64,000 nt of DNA, taken from a candidate division WOR-3 bacterium. Lineage in GTDB: Bacteria; Hydrothermota; Tepidihabitantia; SM23-42; JAOAFX01. The translations under genes were made by a program, and so were the position numbers. Positions 1 to 10,900 of this stretch are shown piece after piece. Location: NCBI GenBank assembly GCA_039802265.1, contig JBDRWI010000001.1, forward strand, positions 4,264 through 68,263. The letters run 5' to 3'. The notes below the pieces were generated by a model. It saw only the letters and a program-made list of their open reading frames with translations. It had not been told where the DNA came from and did no database searches. Each line of letters begins with the position of its first letter. The first letter of the stretch is position 1.

Positions 1-46
1 AAGAAAAACTACGCAATGTCGGTGCAAGGATAAGAAGAGAGAAGGA

Positions 47-1102
47 ATGAGAAAAATCAAAAGGGAAATTAGAGTTGGTAATGTCAAAATTGGGGGTTCA
101 GCGCCGATTGCTGTGCAGTCAATGACCAAGACAAAAACCCTGGATGTCAAAAAGACAGTCAATCAGATAAAGCGGTTGCAGAAGGCAGGTTGTGAGTTAA
201 TCCGGCTTGCCGTGGTAAATAAAGAGGAGGCTGTGGCATTAAAAGAGATAAAGAAGAAAACCGACATTCCTTTGATTGCTGACATCCACTTCGATTATCG
301 ACTTGCGCTACTGGCGATTGATGCAGGGATTGACAAAATCAGAATCAACCCCGGAAATATCGGTGATGATTGGAAAATCCAGGAAATAATCAAAAAGGCA
401 AAGGACCACAATATTCCGATTAGAATCGGCATCAATGCCGGCTCTCTTCCCAAGGCAATTCTGCAAAAATATCACCATCCCAAACCCGAGGCAATAATTG
501 AAACATTAAGTAATACACTTGAAATATTTTACAAAAACAATTTTTTTGACATTGTCATTTCTGCAAAGTGTGCCAGTGTCATTGATACAATTAAAGTCTA
601 TGAATCTATCCATAATGTATATGACTTTCCTCTACATCTGGGCGTCACCGAAGCCGGGTTGGTCTGGCAGGGTTCCATCCGAAGTGCGGTGGGTATCGGA
701 ATCCTCCTTTATCAGGGCATCGGTGATACAATCAGGGTCTCTTTAACTGGTGATCCAGTAAAGGAGGTAATTGCCGGCTATGAAATTCTGAGTTCTTTAA
801 ATCTTCGCCAACTCGGACCTAAATTGATCACCTGCCCAACCTGCGGTCGTTGTGAAGTCAATCTTTCCCGAATTGCCCAACTGGTTGAGAGAAAAATCAA
901 AAGAATAAAAAAACCATTGACTATTGCTGTTATGGGTTGTGTAGTAAATGGGCCGGGTGAAGCCAGAGAAGCAGATTTTGGCATAGCCTGCGGCAAAAGA
1001 ATTGGCTCTATATTTGCCCGGGGTGTTGAAGTTAAACGGGCAAAGGAGTCAAGGCTGGTTGATGAACTGTGGGAGGTAATAAATGCGCACATTGATAATT
1101 GA
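47..1102 (+). CDS. ispG: 4-hydroxy-3-methylbut-2-enyl diphosphate synthase (IspG/GcpE, MEP pathway)
   Basis: 351-aa ORF. Motifs GGSAPIAVQSMT, IADIHFDYRLAL and INPGNIG, plus C-terminal Fe-S cysteines CPTCGRC...GCVVNGPGE, form the IspG signature. Confidence 0.9.
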   Translation: MRKIKREIRVGNVKIGGSAPIAVQSMTKTKTLDVKKTVNQIKRLQKAGCELIRLAVVNKEEAVALKEIKKKTDIPLIADIHFDYRLALLAIDAGIDKIRINPGNIGDDWKIQEIIKKAKDHNIPIRIGINAGSLPKAILQKYHHPKPEAIIETLSNTLEIFYKNNFFDIVISAKCASVIDTIKVYESIHNVYDFPLHLGVTEAGLVWQGSIRSAVGIGILLYQGIGDTIRVSLTGDPVKEVIAGYEILSSLNLRQLGPKLITCPTCGRCEVNLSRIAQLVERKIKRIKKPLTIAVMGCVVNGPGEAREADFGIACGKRIGSIFARGVEVKRAKESRLVDELWEVINAHIDN

Positions 1103-1688
1103 TTGCTATCTACCCAACTCACCCCAGATTGAAAATCTTTATAATGTATTAAAAGACATTACAGTGCACACGGTGGAAGTAAGAGACCATTCCACCTTAA
1201 GTGTTGAAGAGGATGTGCGCCTTTATGATGCGATTATTGTCTCCGGTTCTCAGCGGAAACTTGCTGAACCCGGTGTCTTTGAATTATACAACAATGTTGC
1301 CGAATTAATCAAAAATGCTCAAAAACCAATCCTGGGGATCTGTTTTGGGCATCAACTGATTGCCAAATCATTCTATGAGGACGTGGTTTCAATGGGACAG
1401 AAGATCGAAGGATACTATGTTGTCAAAAAAATCCAAAATGATGAAATTTTTGAAGGTCTGGGTGATAAGATTGTGGTGATGGAATCACACGAAGAGATGG
1501 TGGCAAATGTTCCCTATGAATTTGTCAAACTTGCAGAATCACCAAACTGTCCAATTGAGGCAATAAAACATCAAACTATGCCGATTTACGGTGTTCAGTT
1601 TCACCCTGAGCGATTTGATGATAAGCATCCCGCCGGTGCGGTAATTTTAGAAAATTTCTTTAAAATCGCCGCCTGGTATATGAAATGA
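1083..1688 (+). CDS. class I glutamine amidotransferase-like protein (GMP-synthase GATase-domain family)
   Basis: ILGICFGHQL nucleophile elbow plus GVQFHPE His/Glu motif. The ATG overlaps the ispG 3' end by 20 nt. Confidence 0.7.
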   Translation: MRTLIIDCYLPNSPQIENLYNVLKDITVHTVEVRDHSTLSVEEDVRLYDAIIVSGSQRKLAEPGVFELYNNVAELIKNAQKPILGICFGHQLIAKSFYEDVVSMGQKIEGYYVVKKIQNDEIFEGLGDKIVVMESHEEMVANVPYEFVKLAESPNCPIEAIKHQTMPIYGVQFHPERFDDKHPAGAVILENFFKIAAWYMK

Positions 1689-1701
1689 AAAGGAGGAAGA
1701 A

Positions 1702-2928
1702 TTGAAAAGAGACCTCAACCATTTAATGAAAGAAAAAGGAGTAAATGCAATCTTTGCCATTTTAGGCCGTCAGAATGACACCACAATGTATTATCTTTTA
1801 AATGGTATCCACCTCAGCGGTTATTACTTAAAAAAAGTAGATTCACCTGCCTACTTGATTCATTACCCAATGGAAAGAGAAGAGGCAAAAAAAACCGGGT
1901 TAAAACTTGTAAATATTAATCACTACAAATACTGGGATGTTTTTAACCGCAATCCAGATATGATAAAGGCACAGGCCGTTTTAATAGACAAGATTCTTAA
2001 TGATTTCGGTGTAAAAGGTAAAGTTGCATTTTATGGTAGTGCTTCTATCGGAACCAGCCATCATTTGTTAAAAAGGGTCAGGTCTTTGAATAAAAAAATT
2101 GAAATTCTTTATGAACCTCAAAAAACTTTAATTACTGAAGCCCGTATGACTAAGGATGAAGATGAGATTATAAAGATAAAAAGAGCCCGGGATGGTGTTA
2201 TAAATGCCTATTCCGAGACGCTTAAATCGGTACAAAGAATGCAAAAAAAAGGACAATTCATATATCAAAATAAGCATAAGAAACTTCTCATTGGTGACCT
2301 GAAGAAAATGCTCCATAGTAAATTGTTTGAGTATGGCCTTATAAATTCAGCCGGAATTATTGTTTCCCAGGGGCACGACGCTGGGGTACCGCATAATTCC
2401 GGTGAGGATGACCAGCCGGTTATGCTCGGCAAAACAATTGTCTTTGATATCTTTCCCCAAGAGATAAAAAGTGGCTATTTCTTTGATTTTACAAGAACGG
2501 TATGCTTCGGCTTTGCACCTCAGAATGTGCAAAAGGAATATGAAATTGTAAAAGAGGCACAGGACCTCGCTATCAGTAATTTAAAGGTGGGTAGAAGAAC
2601 CAGGGATATTGAACTTGAGGTTTGTAAATTTTTTGAAAAGAAAGGGCATCCAACTCTACTCAAAAATCCCAAGGTCCAGAATGGTTATTGCCACTCCCTG
2701 GGCCATGGATTGGGATTGAATGTCCATGAAAGTCCAGCATTTGGACTGCTGAAGACAAACTACGACCGATTAGAAAAAGGAATGGTCTTTACAGTTGAAC
2801 CGGGACTTTATTATCCAGAAAAGGGGTATGGCATAAGACTTGAAGATGTAGTATATATTGACACAAGGGGTAGAATAATAAACCTGACAAACTTTTCTAA
2901 AAATTTGATTGTCGAAATGGAATTTTAA
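1702..2928 (+). CDS. M24-family Xaa-Pro aminopeptidase-like metallopeptidase
   Basis: Pita-bread metal-ligand motifs FDFTRT, HSLGHGLGLNVHE, FTVEPGLY and IRLEDVV. TTG start with AGGAGG 5 nt upstream. Confidence 0.8.
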   Translation: MKRDLNHLMKEKGVNAIFAILGRQNDTTMYYLLNGIHLSGYYLKKVDSPAYLIHYPMEREEAKKTGLKLVNINHYKYWDVFNRNPDMIKAQAVLIDKILNDFGVKGKVAFYGSASIGTSHHLLKRVRSLNKKIEILYEPQKTLITEARMTKDEDEIIKIKRARDGVINAYSETLKSVQRMQKKGQFIYQNKHKKLLIGDLKKMLHSKLFEYGLINSAGIIVSQGHDAGVPHNSGEDDQPVMLGKTIVFDIFPQEIKSGYFFDFTRTVCFGFAPQNVQKEYEIVKEAQDLAISNLKVGRRTRDIELEVCKFFEKKGHPTLLKNPKVQNGYCHSLGHGLGLNVHESPAFGLLKTNYDRLEKGMVFTVEPGLYYPEKGYGIRLEDVVYIDTRGRIINLTNFSKNLIVEMEF

Positions 2929-2946
2929 AAAATGCTAAATTGATAA

Positions 2947-4434
2947 ATGGCAAAATTCCCCACGTCCTTCAGAAGAAATTTGGTAATCATCGTTATTGCA
3001 TTAGGAATCATCTTCCGGATCGGTCAATTCCTTTATAATCGCTCGCTGACCGAAGGAGAGGCAGCACTGGCATTGAATATCCTCCAGCGCTCATATCAAG
3101 ATTTGCTGAAACCATTAGCCTATCACCAGGCCGCACCTTATGGATTTTTGCTCATCCAGAAATTTTTTTCCAATTTGGTGGGAAATAACGACTATGCCTT
3201 ACGTATCTTTCCCCTTATTTGTGGAATCTCTTCTATCTTCTTGTTTTATGCGATTTCACAGCGGATATTGACCGAAGGTAGTGCACTATGGGGTATATTT
3301 CTCTTCTCTTTCTGTGACCATTTAATCTACTTCTCATCGGAGGTAAAGCAGTATTCAAGTGATGTTACAATCGGACTTATCTTGATTTTTATTGCCTTAA
3401 GCCTTCAGAATCACCCCAAAGTTAAACAAATCCTGCTATTAGGTTTAGCCGGTGCAATCAGTATCTGGTTTTCTCACCCATCCCTTTTTGTCTTCTTGGG
3501 TTGTATTATTGCATTGGGCATCCAGATAATCAAGAGTAAGAGAAAAGATTATTTTTTTCTGATTCTGAGCGCTGTTTTTATCTGGCTAATCAGTTTTTTG
3601 TTCAATTATACCCTAAACCTAAAATACGTAAGTCAAAACCAAACTCTGCTACAAACATGGGAGAAGAGTTTTATGCCGCTACCACCAAAATCCATTGCTG
3701 ACTTAAAGTGGTTTTGCTATGTCTTTTTGCGCCTTTTTAAGAATCCACTCGGCTTTTCAATCTATGAAATTACCTTTATTGCTTTTATATTCCTTGTCGG
3801 CTTATTCATCTACTGGCAAAGAGATAGAAATAAACTCTTAATGTTAATAATACCGATTATTCTCGCTTTACTTGCCTCAGGATTAAAGAAATATCCTTTT
3901 GAAGGAAGACTCCTTTTATTCATTATCCCCTTGATGTTTTGGGTAATTGCCGAAGGACTCGACTATATCAAAAAGATTGTCTCAAGCAGTTCACATTCTT
4001 TGAGTCTTATGCTAATTGCGGTTATCCTTCTGCCTACCGGAATTGCTGGCTTTTATCACCTGTTTTCTCCCCGGGCTCCGGAAGAGTTGAGACCGGTTAT
4101 CTCTTATGTAAGAACCCATAAACAAGAAGGTGATATTATTTATCTGTATTATGCATCTTATAACAGTTTTCTATATTATTCTCGCCAATTTGGATTTGAT
4201 GAAAATGATTATATAGTAGGTATTGAATCTCGTACTGATTGTAATCAATACTACACTGACCTAAGAAGACTGAAGGGAAATCCAAGGATTTGGTTTCTAT
4301 TTTCCCATGTTAGCAATATATATGGAGTTGATGAAGAGAAATTATTCATAACCATTTTAAATACCCTGGGTAAAAAACTTGACGCATTTAAGGCACCGGG
4401 AGCTGCTTGTTATCTCTATGATTTAAGCAAGTAA
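2947..4434 (+). CDS. polytopic membrane glycosyltransferase, GT-C fold (GT39 / ArnT-PMT-like)
   Basis: Many hydrophobic helices followed by a soluble C-terminal domain. The first loop RSLTEGEAALALN resembles the acidic loop of ArnT/PMT-type lipid-linked sugar transferases. Assigned by resemblance only. Confidence 0.45.
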   Translation: MAKFPTSFRRNLVIIVIALGIIFRIGQFLYNRSLTEGEAALALNILQRSYQDLLKPLAYHQAAPYGFLLIQKFFSNLVGNNDYALRIFPLICGISSIFLFYAISQRILTEGSALWGIFLFSFCDHLIYFSSEVKQYSSDVTIGLILIFIALSLQNHPKVKQILLLGLAGAISIWFSHPSLFVFLGCIIALGIQIIKSKRKDYFFLILSAVFIWLISFLFNYTLNLKYVSQNQTLLQTWEKSFMPLPPKSIADLKWFCYVFLRLFKNPLGFSIYEITFIAFIFLVGLFIYWQRDRNKLLMLIIPIILALLASGLKKYPFEGRLLLFIIPLMFWVIAEGLDYIKKIVSSSSHSLSLMLIAVILLPTGIAGFYHLFSPRAPEELRPVISYVRTHKQEGDIIYLYYASYNSFLYYSRQFGFDENDYIVGIESRTDCNQYYTDLRRLKGNPRIWFLFSHVSNIYGVDEEKLFITILNTLGKKLDAFKAPGAACYLYDLSK

Positions 4435-4511
4435 TTATATCAAGGCACTTTTTTAAACAACTCATAGTTCTGCGAGGCATCCGGCGGTGCCAGGTTGCCG
4501 CAATTATCTCC

Positions 4512-4539
4512 TTGACAATGATTAAATTCTTTTTATAAT
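4512..4539 (+). promoter_or_regulatory. sigma70-type promoter for the 4585 gene
   Basis: TTGACA (4512-4517), 16-nt spacer, TATAAT (4534-4539). It lies about 45 nt upstream of the ATG, which is preceded by GGAGG. Confidence 0.7.
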
Positions 4540-4584
4540 ATTAATGATTCTAATTTGATTTGGAAAATCTACCAGGAGGTGGGT

Positions 4585-5931
4585 ATGAAGGTTTATCTTC
4601 TTTTAATATTGTTTGTTGGATTATCTTTCTGCCTATCAAGTTGGGAAACCAGACATTATGAGTTAACTGACAACGGGTTTTTAGACGCCGCCTCACCCGA
4701 TTCAATGATTGGAATATTGTGCGGGGTAAGGGATAATGTCGGGGGAATAATATACAAAACGACGGATGGTGGTACAAACTGGCAGGAATTTCAGCCCTGG
4801 ACAATCAATGAATGTATGTTTGTCTTTGGAATGGATTTTGTGAATCAAGACATAGGTTATTTAACCGGAATGGGGTTAATCTTTAATATTTTACCGGCTG
4901 CTGTTTTATATAAAACAATTGATGGTGGTAATTCTTGGACAAATATCTATGGTCTATCACTTGAATTCGTCGGTAAAATGTGGGATGATGTATTTTTTGT
5001 TGATTTGAACAACGGCTGGCTTGCGGGTGCCAATAGTGATATAAGACGGACAACAAATGGTGGTTCTTCTTGGACAACCCAAAGTGCCCCGGTCTCAGGT
5101 TCACTGAAGAGTATCTATTTTATAAATTCAAATGAAGGTTGGATTGTTGGCGGCGATTACGATACCCTGACCGGACAGGGCATCAATGGTTTAATTCTAC
5201 ATACTACAAACGGCGGGACAAACTGGACTGTCCAGGTTTCAAATGTACCCTATGAATTCTGGGATGTTTATTTTACTGACAATCTCAACGGCTGGGTCTG
5301 TGGATATAAAGATACGGCATCACCAGGAATATTTTACCATACTACGAACGGTGGCAACAATTGGATTGAGGTTATGGCACCATCGGTCACAACTGGACAT
5401 TATGGGTTATATGCAATTAAATTTACCGATGCGCAGACCGGTTTTTCAGTCGGTGGTGGAAATCGACTTGGCTGGCAGGGAAGTTACTTTGGAATCTTTT
5501 TGAATACTACGGATGGTGGAAGTCAATGGACTGTGGATACCGTGATATTTGATAATGACCCCTGGGGTGTTTGTCCTTTAGGAATGGACATGTTCAATTC
5601 AAGATGGGGATATGCTGGTGGTGCAAGACTTTCAGCATTCAGATATACGCCAATGGGCGGACAGATGATTGCCGAAAACAGAATAGAAATAATATCGGCA
5701 GACGAGAATCAGACAATATTTTCATCTCAACAGGAAATAGTCCTCGATATTTCCCAAAAAGAGGGATACACGAAGATCGAAATATATAATATCCTGGGAA
5801 GGAGGATTTTAATAAAAGAAATAAATAAGGCAAAGAGTGTATCATTGCCCAACCTTTCCCCGGGTCATTATTTTATAAGACTATATAGAGAGCAGGGAGA
5901 GCCACTCGTTAAAAAGATTATCACCTTATAA
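4585..5931 (+). CDS. secreted BNR/Ycf48-like beta-propeller protein with T9SS C-terminal sorting domain
   Basis: Six repeats of the BNR-type motif (TTDGGTNW, TIDGGNSW, TTNGGSSW, TTNGGTNW, TTNGGNNW, TTDGGSQW). Signal-peptide-like MKVYLLLILFVGLSF from ATG 4585, with GGAGG 5 nt upstream. C-terminus IEIYNILGRR...GHYFIRL...KKIITL is a T9SS CTD. The track ORF start at 4555 was trimmed to the SD-supported ATG. Confidence 0.7.
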   Translation: MKVYLLLILFVGLSFCLSSWETRHYELTDNGFLDAASPDSMIGILCGVRDNVGGIIYKTTDGGTNWQEFQPWTINECMFVFGMDFVNQDIGYLTGMGLIFNILPAAVLYKTIDGGNSWTNIYGLSLEFVGKMWDDVFFVDLNNGWLAGANSDIRRTTNGGSSWTTQSAPVSGSLKSIYFINSNEGWIVGGDYDTLTGQGINGLILHTTNGGTNWTVQVSNVPYEFWDVYFTDNLNGWVCGYKDTASPGIFYHTTNGGNNWIEVMAPSVTTGHYGLYAIKFTDAQTGFSVGGGNRLGWQGSYFGIFLNTTDGGSQWTVDTVIFDNDPWGVCPLGMDMFNSRWGYAGGARLSAFRYTPMGGQMIAENRIEIISADENQTIFSSQQEIVLDISQKEGYTKIEIYNILGRRILIKEINKAKSVSLPNLSPGHYFIRLYREQGEPLVKKIITL

Positions 5932-5973
5932 ACTACTTCTGTGGTAGTACAAAATTTTTAACAAGGAGATTAT

Positions 5974-7896
5974 ATGAAGATATTTATAAAATGCTTCTTC
6001 TGTCTGTTTCTCGCCATCCCCCTTGTGGGTTATCAAACCGATAGCACCGGGGTGCCGATGCGGGACGGTGTAAGATTAGGGACCGACATCTACCTGCCAT
6101 TCTGGTTCATTCCCTATATTACCGACGGACCGGTATTATTACAGCGCACACCATATGACCGTAGTTGGGATGATATTTATCTCACACTTATCTGTGATAT
6201 AATGGGTTATGTCCTCGTCGTCCAGAATCTCCGTGGTTATGGTGACTCAGAAGGCGAACCGATGGTTTTCTGGACCGACGGCTGGGGAGACCTTCAGGAT
6301 GGCTATGATGCGATAGAATGGTGTGCCGGCCAGTGGTGGTGCAATGGAAAGGTTGCAATGATTGGCGCCTCGGCGCACGGAATGACTCAATACTATGCAG
6401 CCGGGGCGTTGCCACCTCACCTTGTATGTTGTGCCCCAATGGTTGCCGCACCAAATCTTTATCTTGACTGTGCCTTCACCGGCGGTGAGTTTAGAAAGGC
6501 ATTGGTGGAAACCTGGCTCCAGGGAGTGGGAACTCCCTGGCTCATTGACTCGGTGTGTCACTATCCGAATTATTGCAGCCGATGGTCAATCGTAGACCTT
6601 TCCCAGAAATACGATGTTGCAAACTACCCGATGTTTCATATTGATGGCTGGTATGATATGTATACTGACGGAGTCCTTGACGCATTCAGTGAACTCCAGA
6701 AACGATTTCATAATCAAAAATTGTTTATCGGACCCTGGGGACACGGCGATGCCTGGGGTTCAAGATATCAGGGCGATCTGGTCTACCCACCCAATGCCGA
6801 ATTGGATGAACTGAGCTTTATCGAAATGTTAATGGATTGGTACGATTACTGGCTAAATCAGGGTGGGGGACCAGTTCCTTCTCCAAAGGTAAAATTTTAT
6901 TTGATGGGCGATTGCGATACACCCGATACCACAAACTGGAACCACTGGGTGGAGGCGGACACCTGGCCATTGCCCCAAGCTGTTTATAAAAAATATTATC
7001 TAAAAGAAAACCATCTCCTTGATACAATTCCGCCCTCAATCTCGGCAATTGATACATTCATCTATGACCCGGCAAATCCCTGTACCACATATGGTGGTCG
7101 GGAATTTATCGGGCTTACCCATGGTTATGGACCGATTGACCAGCGCCCCATTGAAAATCGTTCAGATGTACTCATCTTCTCTACACCTCCATTATCAATG
7201 CCCCTCACCGTGATCGGAAAACTAAAATTCGTTCTGTATGCGGCTTCGAATTGCTATGACACTGACTGGACAGTACGAATAACCGATGTATATCCAGATG
7301 GTCGGTCAATTCTTGTCACTGATAATATTCTGATGGCACGCCACCGCCATGGATTTGACCGCGAGGATTCATTAATACCGGATGTCGTTGATACCTTCAA
7401 TATTGACCTTTGGAGCACGGCGCTGGTATTTAATGCCGGCCATCGACTGAGGGTAATTATTTCCTCTTCTAATTACCCAAGATTTGAGAAAAATCCAAAT
7501 ACTGGTGCCCCTTTTCAAAGAAATGACCCCAATTTTATACCGGCAATTCAAAAGATTTATCGCACCACAGATTATCCATCCCATCTATTACTTCCCATCA
7601 TCCCTGAATCCAGTCCCGCAATAAGAGAGATTAGAACAGAACAACTCGGGGAAGTCCATTTCTCTTTTCCAACTGTTTCTTCAAAACCGATAATCAACTT
7701 CACACTGAATACTCCCAATTATATTCAGGTTTTAATATACGATATATGTGGAAGAGTAGTATGGTCAAGCGACAAAAATTCTTACCCACCGGGTCGCTAT
7801 CAAATAGTTCCTCCTCGCTTAAATAACGGAATATATTTTCTCAGGATAAAGACCACAAAGGAAAAATATTTAAAGAAAATAATCGTCATTCACTGA
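5974..7896 (+). CDS. CocE/NonD-family (S15 X-Pro dipeptidyl-peptidase-like) hydrolase with T9SS C-terminal sorting domain
   Basis: QRTPYDR, NLRGYGDSEG, YDAIEW and the serine elbow GASAHG are typical of the CocE/NonD alpha/beta hydrolases. C-terminus IQVLIYDICGRVV...GIYFLRIKT...IIVIH is a T9SS CTD. AAGGAG upstream of the ATG. Confidence 0.75.
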   Translation: MKIFIKCFFCLFLAIPLVGYQTDSTGVPMRDGVRLGTDIYLPFWFIPYITDGPVLLQRTPYDRSWDDIYLTLICDIMGYVLVVQNLRGYGDSEGEPMVFWTDGWGDLQDGYDAIEWCAGQWWCNGKVAMIGASAHGMTQYYAAGALPPHLVCCAPMVAAPNLYLDCAFTGGEFRKALVETWLQGVGTPWLIDSVCHYPNYCSRWSIVDLSQKYDVANYPMFHIDGWYDMYTDGVLDAFSELQKRFHNQKLFIGPWGHGDAWGSRYQGDLVYPPNAELDELSFIEMLMDWYDYWLNQGGGPVPSPKVKFYLMGDCDTPDTTNWNHWVEADTWPLPQAVYKKYYLKENHLLDTIPPSISAIDTFIYDPANPCTTYGGREFIGLTHGYGPIDQRPIENRSDVLIFSTPPLSMPLTVIGKLKFVLYAASNCYDTDWTVRITDVYPDGRSILVTDNILMARHRHGFDREDSLIPDVVDTFNIDLWSTALVFNAGHRLRVIISSSNYPRFEKNPNTGAPFQRNDPNFIPAIQKIYRTTDYPSHLLLPIIPESSPAIREIRTEQLGEVHFSFPTVSSKPIINFTLNTPNYIQVLIYDICGRVVWSSDKNSYPPGRYQIVPPRLNNGIYFLRIKTTKEKYLKKIIVIH

Positions 7897-7935
7897 AAGG
7901 CTTCAGGACTGTTAACCCTTATAGCATCAGGGGCC

Positions 7936-7963
7936 TTGACGACCAGAAAAAAATCCATATAAT
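7936..7963 (+). promoter_or_regulatory. sigma70-type promoter of the cyclase operon (leaderless or near-leaderless)
   Basis: TTGACG (7936-7941), 16-nt spacer, TATAAT (7958-7963). Only 8 nt separate the -10 box from ATG 7972. Confidence 0.65.
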
Positions 7964-7971
7964 ATAAGGTT

Positions 7972-10900
7972 ATGAAATGTGTCATCTGTAATTCCGATAA
8001 AATCCCGCAAGCTGCCGAATTCTGTCCCAATTGTGGTACACAACTTAAAATTGAATCCACCAGAGATAAGGGCACCGAACGGCTAAAAATCCTTGGTGGT
8101 GAATCACGCTTCGTAACCCTGTTCTTTGTAGATTTTATTATTATGAACCCAGCGGAGGATAAAATAACCAAACAGAATATCATCTATCTGAGCGATTTGA
8201 TGGAAAAAGTCGCTGCGATTGTCAAAAAATACGATGGAACGGTAAATCGAATAATGCCCGATTACCGACTTCTCATAATATTCGGAGCACCCAAAGTCCA
8301 TACCGATGACCCGAATCGTGCCGTCCGGTGTGTATTAGAGATTAAGAAATATCTTTATGAAAGAAGACGATTAGAAGCGCCAATCACCAGGTTTAATATA
8401 AAAATTGGAATCAATTCCGGCTGGATTTTTTTTGGATATGTCCTTGAAAATCCGCCATTTTTGACTGTAATCGGTGATACGGTCAATATTGCAGCCCGTC
8501 TTGCTCAGATGAGTATGCCAGATCAAATCTTGATGAGCGAGAATACATATAATCTGCTGCCTGACTTGATTGTTGCTGAACACATCGGAATGACTTATGT
8601 AAGAGGTAGGTCCGGCTCTTTGGATGTCTATAATCTGATAGATATAAGATTTGAAACTCTGCAGATGCCCAAATGCCCATTCTGGGGACGGAAGGAGGAA
8701 ATGGCGCGATTGATTGCGCTTACCCAAAAAATCAAAGAGAATAGAATCAGCATTGGAATCATTACCGGACAGATGGGCATTGGTAAGACACGGTTGAAAG
8801 AGGAATTTGAAAATTTTCTGAGAGCGGATGGTTCGTTCCGCTTCATTGAAAGCCACTGTACAGTAGAAATGCAGACCCCCTATTATCCATTTAAATTGTT
8901 ATTTCGTGAGTATTTTAATTTGAAGGAAAGCGATAGCCGGGCAAATATCGCCGAGAAGATTGACCGCTTTGTCTCGGAAAACAACCTTGATCCACAGGAA
9001 ATAAAGGGAATAAAACATCTCTTTCTAACCGACCTGCAGCGGTTGTGGGGTGAAAATTTAATTTCAATCAATGAAGAGATATTTATCGCGGTTGGTAATC
9101 TGCTCAGATTTGAATGCAAAAAAAATCCCTTAGTAATTATCTTTGAAGAATTCAACCGCGCCGATTCAATGACGAAAAACCTTGTCGCATATTTAGCCGC
9201 GGAATTAGTTAATAACTCAATTATGTTTCTGCTGATCAATTACACCGGTGATTTATTCAAAAAAGACAACAATAATAATTTTGAAGAAATTAATCTCGGA
9301 CCGCTGAGTAAAGAGACAATAGCCAATCTGGTAAATTATTATCTCACCGATGCCGACCCCAATCTGATTGAATTTTTATATAAAACTACTGGCGGCAATC
9401 CACTATTCACCATTGAAACCATTAAAAATGTAAAACGAAGAAATATAATCAAAAAGGAAGCATCTGGAAGATGGTTATTGGACAGAGAGAAACACTTTAC
9501 CTTTCTTGACGACCTCTACAGTGTGGTAATGTCGGGACTTGATGCACTGGCTCCAGAATACCGCTTGATTATTGATTACGCCTCGGTCATCGGTTACAGC
9601 TTTAATTATCACATTCTTAAAGAAATATTAGAAGACGAAGAAAATCTATTAGAAAGATTGAACTATCTAAAAAATGAAGATTACATCATTCAATTCAAAG
9701 ATGATACAGACCCGATTTATATCTTTAGACACAACTTATTAAAAGATGCCGCATATACCACACTGCCACTGAAAAAGAGAAAAGAATTACACCGCCGGGT
9801 GGCTGTTCTATTGGAAAAATCTTATTCTGAGCAACTTTCCGAATATTACGAGACTATTGGATACCATTACCATGAAGCAGAAAATTATAAAAAAGCCGCT
9901 GAATACTTTAAAATGGCTGGTGACAAGGCAAAAAATCTCTATGCGATTGAACAGGCAATAAATTTTTATAACAATGTGCTAAAAATAGGCCGCGAATATA
10001 AAGAACAGATATCGCCAAATTTATTAAGACAGACTGAATTAAATCTGACCGACATCTATGAAATACTTGGTGATACCCAGAGAATGAAAGAAATTGCTGA
10101 AAGTGGACTCAGTGCAGCAGAAATAGAAAAAAACCAGAAAGAAATTCTTTTATTCAGCGAACGAAAGGCAATTTCACTTCTGATGTCCGGAGATTATAAG
10201 AGTGCTGAATCATTACTTCTTGAGTCGGTAGAAAACTGCCCAGCGGAATACGCCGATGTCCTGACCCAATTATATTCAGACCTCGGATTACTTTATGCCG
10301 AAAAATATGAATATGAAAAGAGCATCCTGAATTATAACCTGACCTGGAACACCGCCCGGACCTACGGTATTAAAGAAGGGGAAATAAGATGCCTTTTGAA
10401 TCTCTCCCAGTTACACACAAAGTTAGGTAATTATGAACTGGCATATGAATACTTGAATTACGGTCTGGACGAACTCATAACTGAAGAAAATCTACGCCCG
10501 AAGGCACAGTATAAATATAATTTGGGAATTCTGGATTATCAGGTCTGGAATCTAAACAAGGCGATAGAACAATTAACCGAGGCATTCAACATTGCCGAGC
10601 GGAGTAGCCATGAGATACAGATAAAGTCTGCCCTTGAACTTGCCCTTATTCATTCCCTGATGCAAAATTATGATGAGGCAGCAAGATTGGTTGAATATGT
10701 TGATAAAAAAATTACCCCCACAATCAGAGAGATTTTACTTTCCGAGATTAACCTCAAAAAGGCAATTTTTTACGAAAATAAAAAAGAGCGGGAACGGGTT
10801 GTCCCCTTTCTAACAAACGCCCTGAAATTAGCCCAGAAATATAATCAGCAAGAAACCATTGTTCACTGTCTACTACTGAAGGCAGACATAGATGAAATCA